A DNA stretch of 64,000 nucleotides from a virus. Each line of letters opens with the position of its first letter. Positions within the stretch are counted from its first letter, which is position 1. This document shows positions 24,301 to 33,543 of the stretch, in pieces. The DNA is taken from the IMG/VR virus record IMGVR_UViG_3300009136_000002, positions 11,156-75,155 of that record, one strand, 5' to 3'. Made by a program: the position numbers and the translations under genes. The notes under the pieces were generated by a model that was not told where the DNA came from, made no database searches, and saw only the letters and a program-made list of their open reading frames with translations.

Positions 24301-27300
24301 GCTTTTCATCATCGTCGTCCAGCTCCTCTTTTAGCTCAAGTAGCTCTTTTTCCAGTAGTTCTTCATCATCCAGCTCTTGTTCTTCCTCAAGCTCTTCTTT
24401 TAGCTCTTCTTGCTCAAGTAGCTCTTTTTCTTCATCTTCTAGCTCATCGAGCTTTAGTAGCTCGTCGTCCTGTTCGTCGTCGTCCTTTTCGAGTTCAAGC
24501 TCTTCGAGTTTTTCGTCAAGCAGTAGCTCACGGAGTTCGTCATGCTCATCGAGCTGTTCAAGCTCTTTTTCATCGTCCTCGTTCTCGTCCTCGTCCTCGT
24601 GTTCATCAAGCAGCCCATCATCCAGCTCTTCCTCCTTCTCGTCGTCTTGCTCATCGTCCTCTTTCTCTTCGAGTAGCTTCTCGTCGTCCTCTTCGAGCTT
24701 TTCTTCTTCTTCCTGTAGCTCCTCGTTCTCATCGAGTTCGTCATGCAGCTCAAGCTCATTTTCTTCTTCTTCGAGCTGTAGTTCGTCGTCTTTTAGCTCG
24801 TCAAGTTCGGTTTCATCTAGCTCGTCATTTTCTTCTTCATCTTCTTGCTCCAGTAGCTCATTTTCGTCGTCAAGTTCATCATTTAGCTCGTCGAGTTCCT
24901 TTTCATCTTCCTGTTCATCTTCGTCGTCATTTTCCAGCTCAAGCTCTTCGAGTTTCAGCTCTTCGAGTTCGAGCTTTAGCTCTTCAAGCTCAAGTTTTTC
25001 AAGCTCTTGCTCCTCAAGCTCCTTCTCGTCCAGTAGTAGCTGTTCTTCGTCGTTTTCATCCAGTTCTAGCTGTTCTTCGTCATTCTCGTCCAGTTGTAGC
25101 TCTTCGTTCTCTTTTTCAAGCTCCTCTTCGAGTAGTTCGTTTTCAAGCTCTTCATCCTGCTCAAGCTCCTCGTTTTCGAGTTCTAGCTCCTGCAGTAGCT
25201 CCTCTTTCTCGTCGTCCAGCTCATCCTTTTCAAGCTCTTCATCAGAGAGCCTATCGTCGTCCTGCTCGTCCAGTAGCTCTCTCTCTGGCTCGGTTTCATC
25301 TTCGTGTTCGTCCTCTTCGTCCAGCCAATCTAGCTCAAGCTCAGTTTCATCTTCCTCTTCATGCTGTAGCTCCGTATCCTCTTCAAGCTCCTCTTTCTCG
25401 TCCTCATCCAGCTCCTTCTCGTCCTCAAGCTCGGTAAGTTCTTCGAGTTCGTGTGACTCGGCCTTCTCGTCCAGCTCATGCTCATCTAGCTGCAGTAGCT
25501 CATCGGAAAGCAGCTCTTGTCTGTCGTCCTCTTGCTCGTCGTCCTCTAGTTGCAGCTCTTCCTCATCGGCTGACTGTGACTCTATACCTGTCTATGGGAA
25601 CAATGTCTTAGCTGTGTATCCTGATTGGATTTGGTACGACTTTGGTAGGGTAAAGGTCAATGAGGACAGCATTGAGCAAGTACACACGGATGCTAGAAGG
25701 TATGCTGGATTTGAATCACGCAAATTCGTTGCTGAATTCAGGGCTGGGGATCAAGATCCGCAAGGCATCGAACAGCGATTTCCGATAGGGAATCCGGCCT
25801 CTCTAGGCGTAACGAGAGTCTATCAACTCTCATTTTGGATCTATCCAGTTGATCGGACTAAGATCAGAGTAACCATCAAGCATGATGATGGGACTTTGAA
25901 TGTTCATAACTATCCTGGTCTTACTCCGAATACCTGGAATCTGGTAAGCGATCTGGTCAACATTCAGAATAACACCAATACCGTGATCGCGTGGCACTCC
26001 GGCGCTACGGAATCCGGTACTTGGTATCTCGATGAGTTGGCATTGCGCTGGCTGGTCTGCCCTGGATCTTCATCGTCCTCGGAATCATCCTGTTCGAGTT
26101 CGTCTTGCTCCTCTTCCAGCGAATCCTCATCCTCACTCAGCTCCTCATCCTCTTGTAGTAGCTGTAGCTCGTGTGATTCGCTCTTCTCGTCCTCTAGCTC
26201 ATCGTCGTCGTTCTCCAGCTCATCGTCGTCCTGTAGCTCTTCAAGTACCTGTTCCTCTTCATCTTTCTCCAGTTGCAGCTCCTCTTTCTCGTCCTGCAGC
26301 TCTTCGTTCTCTTCGTCGTCGTCGTCATTTAGCTCATCTTCGAGCTGCAGCTCTAGCTGTTCGTCCAGTTTCTCATCTTCGAGTTCATCTTTTAGCTCTA
26401 GCTCTTCATCTTTCAGTAGTTCTTGCTCCTCAAGCTCATCCAGTTTGAGCTTTAGCTCAAGTTGCTCGTCCTGTGATTCTGGCTTTTCTTCAAGCTCTTC
26501 TAGCTCTTCATTCTCAAGCTCGTCGAGCTGTTCATCGTCTTTTAGCAGTTGCTCCTCTTCCTACTCGTTCTCCAGTTCGAGTTCTTCATCCTGTGATTCA
26601 GCTTTCTCTTCCAGCTCTTCGTGTAGTAGCTCATCTTCATCGTCCAGCGAGAGTTTCCAGGTCTTACAGGGACAATACTTCTATCCTCAGAGCGATGAGG
26701 GTGGATATACGGTTACTCCTGTGGGATCTGGCTCTAGCATCGCAGATCGAGTGAATAATGGCATCTTCGGGCCTGGATTCTCACCTGGGCCGGATGATAC
26801 TAACGGATTCCAGGGCAGTAACGGTGCTTACGTTAGACTTAGACTTTCAAATCCAGTTTTCCAGGGAGAAGCGATAGAAGTTAGATGTACTGTAAGGGCG
26901 TTTACTTTCTTTGCTCCACCTGGACGAGTTGATGTAAGATTCGAGTCTAGCTTTGGTGTGTCACATGGCACACGCACAATATACACGATTACTACAGGTG
27001 TTCCGGCTGATTACACGGTAAGCTGGAGTCTTAATAAGACAGCCGCAGAGCTTACAGATGCACGGTTGAGGGTTGAGTGCCAAGATCCAAGCTGGAATGA
27101 TCGAGTTACTGAGCTTGAATTACAGGTCATTATTGAAGGCTCATCTTCCAGTTCATGCTCTTCGAGTTCATCTTGTGATTCGGCATTCTCATCCTCCAGC
27201 TCTTCATCTTCGCTGAGTTCGGTGTCGGTAAGCAGTTGCTCATCTTCCTGTGATTCAGCTTTCTCATCGTCAAGCTCGTCGTCCTCACAAAGCTCTGTAT

Positions 27301-30300
27301 CTATCTCATCTTCTTCATCCAGTTACTCTAGCTCTTGCAGTTCCTCTAGCTCTTGCGATTCGGCATTCTCATCTTCATCTAGCAGCTCATCGTTCTCCAG
27401 CTCTTCATCCTCGTTCTCAAGCTCGTCGTCCTGTAGCTCGTCGTCGAGCTGCAGTTCTTGTGATTCAGCCTTCTCCTCTAGTTGCTCGTCGTCGTCATTC
27501 AGCTCGTCGAGTTCCAGCTCCTCTAGCTGTTCATCGAGCTTTAGCTCTTGCTCTTCATCGTCCTGCAGTAGCTCGTTCTCTTCATCTTCGTGTTCGAGCT
27601 GTGATTCAGCCTTCTCAAGCTCATGTTCGAGTTCAAGCTCCTCGTTCTCATCGAGCTGTTCATCGAGCTTTAGCAGTTCTAGCCCATCATTATCGTTCTC
27701 ATCCTGTAGCTCTTGCAGCTCATGTGATTCGGCTTTCTCATCGTCCAGCTCGTCGAGCTTTTCATCTTCGTCCAGCTCCTTCTCCTCCTCGTGTTCTAGC
27801 TCTTTTAGCTCAAGCTCATCTTCAAGCTGTTCATCGTCAAGTTTTTCATCGAGTTCTTGTAGCTCGTCATTTTCGTCAAGCTCAAGCTGCTCATCGTCAA
27901 GCAGCTCTTTTTCCTCGTCGAGTTCGTCTTTCTCAAGCTCGTCGTCGAGCTTTAGTTCAAGCTGTAGCAGCTCTTTCAGCTCTTCGAGTTCTTCATTCTC
28001 GTCGAGTTCAAGCTCTTTCAGCTCAAGCTGTAGCAGTAGCTCTTTCTCATCGTCGTCGTCCTTCTCAAGCAGCTCATCGTCGTTCTCGTCGAGTTCGAGT
28101 TCGTCGAGCTTTAGCTCCAGTAGCAGTTTCTCATCGTCCAGCTCTTCGTTCTCGTCAAGCTCCTCGTGTTCAAGCTCTTCGTTCTCAAGTAGCTGTTCCT
28201 CTTCAAGCTCGTCCTTCTCGTCGTCGAGTAGCTGTTCGAGTTCCTTCTCGTCGTCCTCAAGCTCTTTCTCAAGCTCAAGCTCAAATTGCTCATCTTCGAG
28301 CTGTTCATCTTCATTCAGCTCGTCGTCTTTCAGCTCGTCGTCATCGCGCTCTTCCAGCTCAAGCTCATTCTCTTCGAGTTCTTCCTCTTTCAGTAGCTCG
28401 TCAAGCTGTTCGAGTTCTTTCAGCTCTTGCAGCTCCTCGTTCTCTTCGAGTTCTGAGAGTTTTAGCAGCTCTTCTTCCTCGCAGAGTTCAAGCTCATCTT
28501 GCTCTGCCGGACAATGGATCTCCCAATTCGGTGCGCCATCTACCTTTGGCTGTGGTTTAGGTTTTGGTACAACCAAATGGTCAACAACTGGCGGCAATAC
28601 TAGGCACGTTAATAGTTCACCTGATTACTTCGATGCTTGTGGCCCTGGCGGTTTTGGGCTGGCTGCTACTGGCGCATGGAAAACTGGCTACAGACCAACA
28701 AAAATCAGGGTCACGATTACAGGTGGTACTCTCTCTTGGACGCTATCAGACGGTAGTGGAGTGATTGCCTCTGCCAGTAATCAGATAGGTTCGCCAGCGG
28801 CAGAAGTTAATATCGGCGGTCAAGTTAGCGATATTGTTAGTTTCGGGCCAGCCGATGAGTTTACTGGATGGCACATAGAGGATATTGAATTCTTCGTCTG
28901 CTCAAGCTCAAGCAGCTCTTTCTCATCCTGTTCCTCTAGCGAATCGTCGAGTTCAAGCTCTTCATCCTTCTCTTCAAGCTCTAGCTCATTTTCGTCCAGT
29001 TCGAGTTCTTTCAGCAGCTCATCCTCATGCTCATCTTCCAGCGAATCATCTTCATCGTCGCCAGTTCCGTTCTTTACAGGCATAAATCCAGACGAAGATG
29101 TTGATATTACTGGCTGGACGCTTTCAGGTCAGGCTACAGCTTGGGAATGTACGGAGGATTTTAGTGCTGGAGATCCGGCGAGGAATGATGATTATGTCTA
29201 TGCTTTAGCAGCCAATACCATAAAGCTCGGTTTTGAGAATCCTTCGTATGCTGGCAATTCCTATTATGTGAGAGTGAAATTTAGTGCGGCCTCCGGCGGG
29301 TCACAGGGTAGCCTGGGAATGTCGCTCTATGACGGTGCTAGTCAAATAGGCAGCGAACAGATATTTGCTCCGCAGTTGCTACCTGGGACTTGGAGTGAAT
29401 TTGAATACAGTTTCGCAACGACTAAGACCGCTGCAGAGCTGAGTGATATGCGAGTATGGTTCCGGTGGATTAGTGGACTCTCGATCCTTGTCAGCTCGGT
29501 ACAGATAGACATTTCCCTGGCATCTTCTTCTTCGTCCTCATTGTCGGAAAGCTCAAGCTCAGAGTCGGTAAGCTCATGCTCAAGTTCACACTCATTAAGC
29601 TCCAGTTCGTCGTGTGAATCTGGAGCATGGGTAGATGTTTTCACTCCTGAGTGGGTTTGCTCCGCTAACTGCTCATATAATGCTACCTTGGATCAGTTTG
29701 AGGAAGCTGGCCCTGGTATGAGCATACGGGAAAGCGGTACTTGGAATGTGGGTTATCGCCCGATTAAAATCAGGGCTTACGGTCATACTCCTGGCGGTTG
29801 GGGCGAGTTGAATCTGAGAGATAATGTTGGCGGTGGAAACGTCATTGCGAATGATGATGGCGGTGGTAGTGGCTATGTCGCTGGTACTCCGGTTGATATT
29901 GATTGGTCATACGGCATTGATATGGCTAGGATTGATTCACCGTGGGATACCCTAACCAATGTCCAATTCTTCATTTGTGGTTCGAGTTCAAGTAGCTCAT
30001 TCTCATCCTGTAGCTCTAGCTTTAGCAGTTCCAGCTCTTCGTTCTCCAGTTCCAGCTCTAGCTCTTCATTCTCATCTTCCAGCTCTTCGTTCTCAAGCTC
30101 ATCTTCCTTCTCGTCTAGCTCATCTTTCTCATCAAGCAGCTCTTCATTCAGTTCCTCTTCGAGTGAAAGTCAGATTTTACAAAGCCAATTCATCCGGCCT
30201 GATGAAGATGTGAGTGCCAGCAACATTACTTTTGGCTCCGGTAGTTCTAGGTGGGATCGACTGAATGATGGAATTATTACCGGAACGCCTGACGACACAA

Positions 30301-31826
30301 ATGGCGTTGGGGGTATGTTCTCCGATGATTTTCAGCGGAGCGGATTTACGAATCCTTCTTTCCAGGGAACAAGCCTAGAGATTAAAGTTCATGTTCGCTG
30401 TAAAAACGCCGACAATGAACAGTTCGATATAAAATTGTACTCAGATGGAAGCAGCCTTGATGGATCTAGCGGCCTAATTGCTGCAACGACGAGCTATGCC
30501 AATTACAGCCATAGTTTTTCAGTTCAAAAAACAGCGGCACAGCTCACGAATTTGGAAGTAAGATTTAGTAGTTTCGCCAGCGTAGAGAGCCATGAATTAT
30601 CAGAAATGGAAGTTGAAATTGTTAAGCCTTCATCTTCCAGTTCTTCTTCCTGTTCCAGTAGCTTTTCTTCATGCTCAAGCTCATTCTCAAGCTCTTCATC
30701 CTGCTTTTCTAGCAGCTCCTTTAGCTCAAGCTCATCATCTTTCAGTTCAAGCTCATCCAGTTCAAGCTCATCGCAAAGTTTCTCGACGTTTCAGACGCGA
30801 ATATGGATGTATCCATCAATACCGGATGATTTAGTTGATGGATTTACTTTCGGTGCTGGTAGTAACCCTGGCAACATCAATAACGGTATCTTTGGCCCTG
30901 GAGCATCACCGGATGATACGGCGGGAATAGGCAGCTCGTCGGACGGTTACTACGAAGCGGATCTATGGCCTAATGTCTTTTACTCAGGCCAAACAATAAA
31001 TATCAAATCCCATTGGCGACTAAAAAATGATGGCCCTGGTACTGGCGATGTGAACGTGCAACTGCGTGACGGTGGTTCACCATACACTAATACAAATATC
31101 AATCCGACTACGAGTTGGGTGACTTACACCGTAGATCACAACCTACAGTTGAATTGGATGGAAATTCAAAATATGCTCATGTGGATTGGCTTTGATGATA
31201 CGGTCAACGCTGATCGACTTTCTGAGGTGGAAGTTGAGCTTATTTTTGGTAGTTCTTCAAGCTCCAGTTCATCCTCAGAATCTTGTAGCTCATCTTCATT
31301 CTCATCGTCCTCAAGCTCATCTTCATCAGCAGCTCCATTAACGATATTGAATCCTAATGGTGACTTCGATCATACATGGAGTGGTGCTACCGGATGGGAT
31401 CAAATAAATGATTGGGATGATGGAGATCCAGCAAGGCAAAGCAGTACGATTTTTGCCAGTACAGGCGTGACTGAAAAGACAGATTTTGAGAATCCTTCAT
31501 TTTCTGGAAATTGCGAATCCATAGACGTAAAAATTGATGCCAGATGGACTAATGGGCCAACATCGGTAGGAATCTCTCTGTACGATGGTGCAAGCATCAT
31601 TGGTAGCGAACAAGTACAAGCTCTAACTCCAGCTTGGGCCGAATACTCATGGAAATTTACAACTTCCAAAACGATGGAAGAGCTTAGTGATCTGAGAGTT
31701 TGGTTCCGATTCGCTCTTGGTGGACTCAATTTTGCTTTTATAGCTGCTTGTCAGGTGGAGATACATTTGCCAACTTCAAGCTCAAGCTCAAGCTGTAGTT
31801 CATCTTCCAGTTCAACATCGACTTAG
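21312..31826 (+). CDS. Giant serine-rich multidomain protein (3504 aa), probable virion surface glycoprotein
   Basis: 10.5-kb uninterrupted ORF. N-terminal beta-helix-like domain ending WDIGFHE, then ten further globular domains, with 11 poly-Ser tracts punctuated by F and C. No signal peptide. Confidence 0.85.
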   Translation: MATSRRAATNENISTYDSGGGQDYSALATWEAATDIDLVTATQSEVLECYAGSHDDEVVIDGATTNTSYFRIIRPASGEGHDGYPHQDGSAAYFVTTTSNIDMFSVVEANCQLQDLIMSLDQDGGSAYCAALVGNNQYLIGCLAINPVNIGGDSKGFRENGGSGDTMYYINSIAIGCDDAAFQFDAGTSYVYNCHAIDSGEGFNESGGTVICKNCLGNGTTGSQDFDGSYDAASEYNSSGDGSAPGTNSRINQTFAFSDAGNDDFRLGYTDGGARNFGTDLSADGNFAFDDDIADGVMGAGKAGITRPQESVWDIGFHERTESSSSSSSSSCSSSFSSSSFSSCSSSFSSSSSCSSSSFSSSSSSFSSSCSSSSSSFSSSSSCSSSSFSSSSSSSSSSFSSSSSSCSSSFSSSSSCSSSSFSSSCSSSSSFSSSSSSSPSCVPPDWRWVDGSQLIVGTINTGVFCDTHACDLTEYVINELSGVGIPAFDQRFTFENVPKSTLDVSITGYYSGNPAHIVKIAIFNYQTLLWDDMTGAAQDFPSQATPSNYVFPLTGAGTPSDYVSVGNQLSIKIDHRSNGSAGHTFHMDCVHLTDTSSSSSSSSSCSSSFSSSSSSFSSSCSSSCSSSFSSSSSCSSSCSSSFSSSSSSFSSSCSSSSFSSSSSCSSSFSSSSSSCSSSSFSSSSCSSSFSSSSSCSSSFSSSSSSSFSSSSSCSSSFSSSSSCSSSFSSSSSCSSSSFSSSCSSCSSSFSSCSSSSSSSLECGQWIAYFDDSRWNPGGIVAPPFACTWDSVNWEWDSDLYSSQQWAYLETQGAWRSGYRPSKFRITFTGGSPLYACNLKDTAGNVIGGTNFPTNYFSGQVEAITFSTFDLRFLELQHNGTTQFQVTNIEFFTVCSSSSSSSSSFSSCSSSFSSSSSSFSSSSSCSSSFSSSSSSFSSSSSCSSSFSSSSSSFSSSSSSFSSSSSSYSSSSSSSLSSSSSSSFSSSCSSSCSSFSSSSFSSSSSSSSFSSSSSFSSSSSSSSSCSSSSSSFSSSCSSSSFSSSSSSSSFSSSSSCSSSSFSSSSSSSFSSSSSSRSSSCSSSCSSSFSSSSFSSSSSCSSSSPSSSSSSFSSSCSSSSFSSSSFSSSSSSFSSSSCSSSFSSSSSCSSSSFSSSSSCSSSSFSSSSSVSSSSSFSSSSSCSSSSFSSSSSSFSSSSSFSSSCSSSSSFSSSSSSSFSSSSSSFSSSSSSFSSSCSSSSFSSSSSCSSSFSSSSSCSSSFSSSCSSSFSFSSSSSSSSFSSSSSCSSSSFSSSSSCSSSSFSSSSSSFSSSSSESLSSSCSSSSSLSGSVSSSCSSSSSSQSSSSSVSSSSSCCSSVSSSSSSFSSSSSSFSSSSSVSSSSSCDSAFSSSSCSSSCSSSSESSSCLSSSCSSSSSCSSSSSADCDSIPVYGNNVLAVYPDWIWYDFGRVKVNEDSIEQVHTDARRYAGFESRKFVAEFRAGDQDPQGIEQRFPIGNPASLGVTRVYQLSFWIYPVDRTKIRVTIKHDDGTLNVHNYPGLTPNTWNLVSDLVNIQNNTNTVIAWHSGATESGTWYLDELALRWLVCPGSSSSSESSCSSSSCSSSSESSSSLSSSSSCSSCSSCDSLFSSSSSSSSFSSSSSSCSSSSTCSSSSFSSCSSSFSSCSSSFSSSSSSFSSSSSCSSSCSSSFSSSSSSFSSSSSSFSSSCSSSSSSLSFSSSCSSCDSGFSSSSSSSSFSSSSSCSSSFSSCSSSYSFSSSSSSSCDSAFSSSSSCSSSSSSSSESFQVLQGQYFYPQSDEGGYTVTPVGSGSSIADRVNNGIFGPGFSPGPDDTNGFQGSNGAYVRLRLSNPVFQGEAIEVRCTVRAFTFFAPPGRVDVRFESSFGVSHGTRTIYTITTGVPADYTVSWSLNKTAAELTDARLRVECQDPSWNDRVTELELQVIIEGSSSSSCSSSSSCDSAFSSSSSSSSLSSVSVSSCSSSCDSAFSSSSSSSSQSSVSISSSSSSYSSSCSSSSSCDSAFSSSSSSSSFSSSSSSFSSSSSCSSSSSCSSCDSAFSSSCSSSSFSSSSSSSSSCSSSFSSCSSSSCSSSFSSSSCSSCDSAFSSSCSSSSSSFSSSCSSSFSSSSPSLSFSSCSSCSSCDSAFSSSSSSSFSSSSSSFSSSCSSSFSSSSSSSCSSSSFSSSSCSSSFSSSSSCSSSSSSFSSSSSSFSSSSSSFSSSCSSSFSSSSSSFSSSSSSFSSSCSSSSFSSSSSFSSSSSSFSSSSSSSSFSSSSSFSSSSSSFSSSSSCSSSSFSSSCSSSSSSFSSSSSCSSSFSSSSSSFSSSSSNCSSSSCSSSFSSSSFSSSSSRSSSSSSFSSSSSSFSSSSSCSSSFSSCSSSFSSSSESFSSSSSSQSSSSSCSAGQWISQFGAPSTFGCGLGFGTTKWSTTGGNTRHVNSSPDYFDACGPGGFGLAATGAWKTGYRPTKIRVTITGGTLSWTLSDGSGVIASASNQIGSPAAEVNIGGQVSDIVSFGPADEFTGWHIEDIEFFVCSSSSSSFSSCSSSESSSSSSSSFSSSSSSFSSSSSSFSSSSSCSSSSESSSSSPVPFFTGINPDEDVDITGWTLSGQATAWECTEDFSAGDPARNDDYVYALAANTIKLGFENPSYAGNSYYVRVKFSAASGGSQGSLGMSLYDGASQIGSEQIFAPQLLPGTWSEFEYSFATTKTAAELSDMRVWFRWISGLSILVSSVQIDISLASSSSSSLSESSSSESVSSCSSSHSLSSSSSCESGAWVDVFTPEWVCSANCSYNATLDQFEEAGPGMSIRESGTWNVGYRPIKIRAYGHTPGGWGELNLRDNVGGGNVIANDDGGGSGYVAGTPVDIDWSYGIDMARIDSPWDTLTNVQFFICGSSSSSSFSSCSSSFSSSSSSFSSSSSSSSFSSSSSSFSSSSSFSSSSSFSSSSSSFSSSSSESQILQSQFIRPDEDVSASNITFGSGSSRWDRLNDGIITGTPDDTNGVGGMFSDDFQRSGFTNPSFQGTSLEIKVHVRCKNADNEQFDIKLYSDGSSLDGSSGLIAATTSYANYSHSFSVQKTAAQLTNLEVRFSSFASVESHELSEMEVEIVKPSSSSSSSCSSSFSSCSSSFSSSSSCFSSSSFSSSSSSFSSSSSSSSSSQSFSTFQTRIWMYPSIPDDLVDGFTFGAGSNPGNINNGIFGPGASPDDTAGIGSSSDGYYEADLWPNVFYSGQTINIKSHWRLKNDGPGTGDVNVQLRDGGSPYTNTNINPTTSWVTYTVDHNLQLNWMEIQNMLMWIGFDDTVNADRLSEVEVELIFGSSSSSSSSSESCSSSSFSSSSSSSSSAAPLTILNPNGDFDHTWSGATGWDQINDWDDGDPARQSSTIFASTGVTEKTDFENPSFSGNCESIDVKIDARWTNGPTSVGISLYDGASIIGSEQVQALTPAWAEYSWKFTTSKTMEELSDLRVWFRFALGGLNFAFIAACQVEIHLPTSSSSSSCSSSSSSTST

Positions 31827-31863
31827 GGCTTGCATTAGAATTTGGGCTGGTTAAAATCGGGCT

Positions 31864-32409
31864 ATGTACGATCTCAACTACTACGAAAATTTACTGAGGA
31901 TTCACAGCGCCACGGCAGAGCGGATCAGCGACATTCGCTGGCATTTTATAGAGCAAGGTGTTTACTTGCCAGCCGGACGAGGATGGCGCTCAAAGTTGAA
32001 GGTGCTGGACTATGGTTCCGGTGTCGGCTGGTTTCGAGCATGGCGACCCCCCTGGGCTGACGTATGGAGCTATGATTTGGGCCTGTATCCACAAACAGGC
32101 ATCGACATGGTTCCCTATGACGTAACGTGCTTTTGGGACGTTCTGGAGCATATTAGGGACTTTCAGGACATAGAGCCGATCCTGATGCTCTCCAAGAAAG
32201 TTGCTTGCACGGTTCCGATCATACCGGAGGAAGGCCTGAGTGAATGGAAGCATTTTAAACCAGGGGAACATTTACATTATTTCACTAAGGACTCCCTGAT
32301 CGCGCTCTTTGATAAGTTTGGATTCAGCCCTATGGTTGAAAATGATTGTGAATGTCCTCCACGCAAAGATGTAACAACCTTTTTGTTTGCTAATCGCTGG
32401 AGGCCATAA
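31864..32409 (+). CDS. Class I SAM-dependent methyltransferase
   Basis: VLDYGSGVG, YDVTCFWDVLEH, EHLHYFT. Confidence 0.9.
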   Translation: MYDLNYYENLLRIHSATAERISDIRWHFIEQGVYLPAGRGWRSKLKVLDYGSGVGWFRAWRPPWADVWSYDLGLYPQTGIDMVPYDVTCFWDVLEHIRDFQDIEPILMLSKKVACTVPIIPEEGLSEWKHFKPGEHLHYFTKDSLIALFDKFGFSPMVENDCECPPRKDVTTFLFANRWRP

Positions 32410-32636
32410 TGCTAGATTTTATCGAAATGAGGAAACAGCTCCAAAAAGCCCTGGCAAGCGGTAAATTGTTTGTGAGGATCAGCTACATGGACGAAGAGGA
32501 AACGATCCAGCATTACTACTTAACTCACAACTTTCCCAGGGAAGATATAATGCTCAGTATCGAGCATATCGCTAAAGAAATTCTTCCCGAATCCCTAGAA
32601 ACAGAAACCGAAACAGATGAGGAAGATAATCCTTAG
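32409..32636 (+). CDS. Hypothetical protein
   Basis: 75 aa, coupled to neighbours. Confidence 0.65.
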   Translation: MLDFIEMRKQLQKALASGKLFVRISYMDEEETIQHYYLTHNFPREDIMLSIEHIAKEILPESLETETETDEEDNP

Positions 32637-33543
32637 AAACGGACAGAGCCCTGGTGACGTATTGACCATGACTAGGGCTGTCGCCGACTTTGCTAACTCA
32701 TATCCTGATTTCCTGATCGACGTAAGAAGTCCCTGTGCCGAAATTTGGGAGAATAATCCCTGGCTGCATCCACTCGATGAAAACGACGAAGAGGTGGAAC
32801 AGTTCGACATCGGCTATGATGCCATTCACAACAGCGGCGTTACAGGGATACATTTCGCTGACGGATTCAGGCTGGATATTGAGAAGAAGCTCGATGTCAA
32901 GATCCTACCAACAGGGATCTTGCCGGAGCTTTGGGTTAGCGATGAAGAGAAAAGCTGGATAAATCAGGCTGAGGTTGAGTTCGGCTGGAAAGACAAATTC
33001 TGGCTCCTTAATGCCGGATCTAAGCCGGACAATGCACTCAAGCAATATCATCGCTGGCAAGAAGTTGTAGACATTCTCACACGGTTCTTTGACAACAGAA
33101 TAAAGATAGTCCAGATAGGCCATGAGGCCCATCATCATCCAGACCTTACGGGTGTCCTTTCCCTGGTAGGCAAGACGGATCTCCGGCAACTCATACGATT
33201 ATGCCATTGGTCTGAGGGAACAATAGGCCCGATCAGCTTTCAATTCGTCCTGGCCGCAGCCCTGCAGAAACCTTATGTGTGCGTGGCAGCGGGCAAAGAA
33301 GGTGTGCGCTGGCATCTATATCCTCATGGACGCTATCTTTACACAAATGGCTGTCTTGAATGCTGTGAATGGGATGGGTGCTGGCGCGGTGGGGGTCACA
33401 CTAAATGCCTGACGATGGAGAATGGATCTCCCAAATGTTTCACGATGATTAAGCCCTACATGATCGCAGATGCCGTGAAGATGTACTACGAAGGGGGCAA
33501 GCTAAACTTTGATTGGCGAGTACCACGAGAAGAAACTGGTTGA
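32617..33543 (+). CDS. GT9-like glycosyltransferase with C-terminal Cys cluster
   Basis: PGDVL, ENNP, IVQIG, LVGKTDLRQL, ISF...LAAALQKP; CCEWDGCW...C...CF.MI. Confidence 0.85.
   Translation: MRKIILRNGQSPGDVLTMTRAVADFANSYPDFLIDVRSPCAEIWENNPWLHPLDENDEEVEQFDIGYDAIHNSGVTGIHFADGFRLDIEKKLDVKILPTGILPELWVSDEEKSWINQAEVEFGWKDKFWLLNAGSKPDNALKQYHRWQEVVDILTRFFDNRIKIVQIGHEAHHHPDLTGVLSLVGKTDLRQLIRLCHWSEGTIGPISFQFVLAAALQKPYVCVAAGKEGVRWHLYPHGRYLYTNGCLECCEWDGCWRGGGHTKCLTMENGSPKCFTMIKPYMIADAVKMYYEGGKLNFDWRVPREETG

Noticed and set aside
23842-28560. Long alternative-frame + ORFs rich in L/V/A/R/H (531 aa, 436 aa and others)
   Set aside because: Frame shadows of the low-complexity tracts; no start context.
27323-28597. 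424-aa acidic (E/L/D) ORF on the minus strand, resembling a DNA mimic
   Set aside because: It is a forced shadow of the poly-Ser frame: antisense to S/F/C codons in that register gives only GAN, CTN, AAN and CAN codons, so stops cannot occur.
21312-31826. Assembly artefact or microsatellite expansion
   Set aside because: The frame stays open for 10.5 kb, codons are varied rather than tandemly identical, and coherent domains are interleaved; long reads would still be a useful check.
31864-32409. DNA methyltransferase
   Set aside because: No DPPY/NPPY or PC catalytic motif; the pattern and context fit a small-molecule or sugar methyltransferase.
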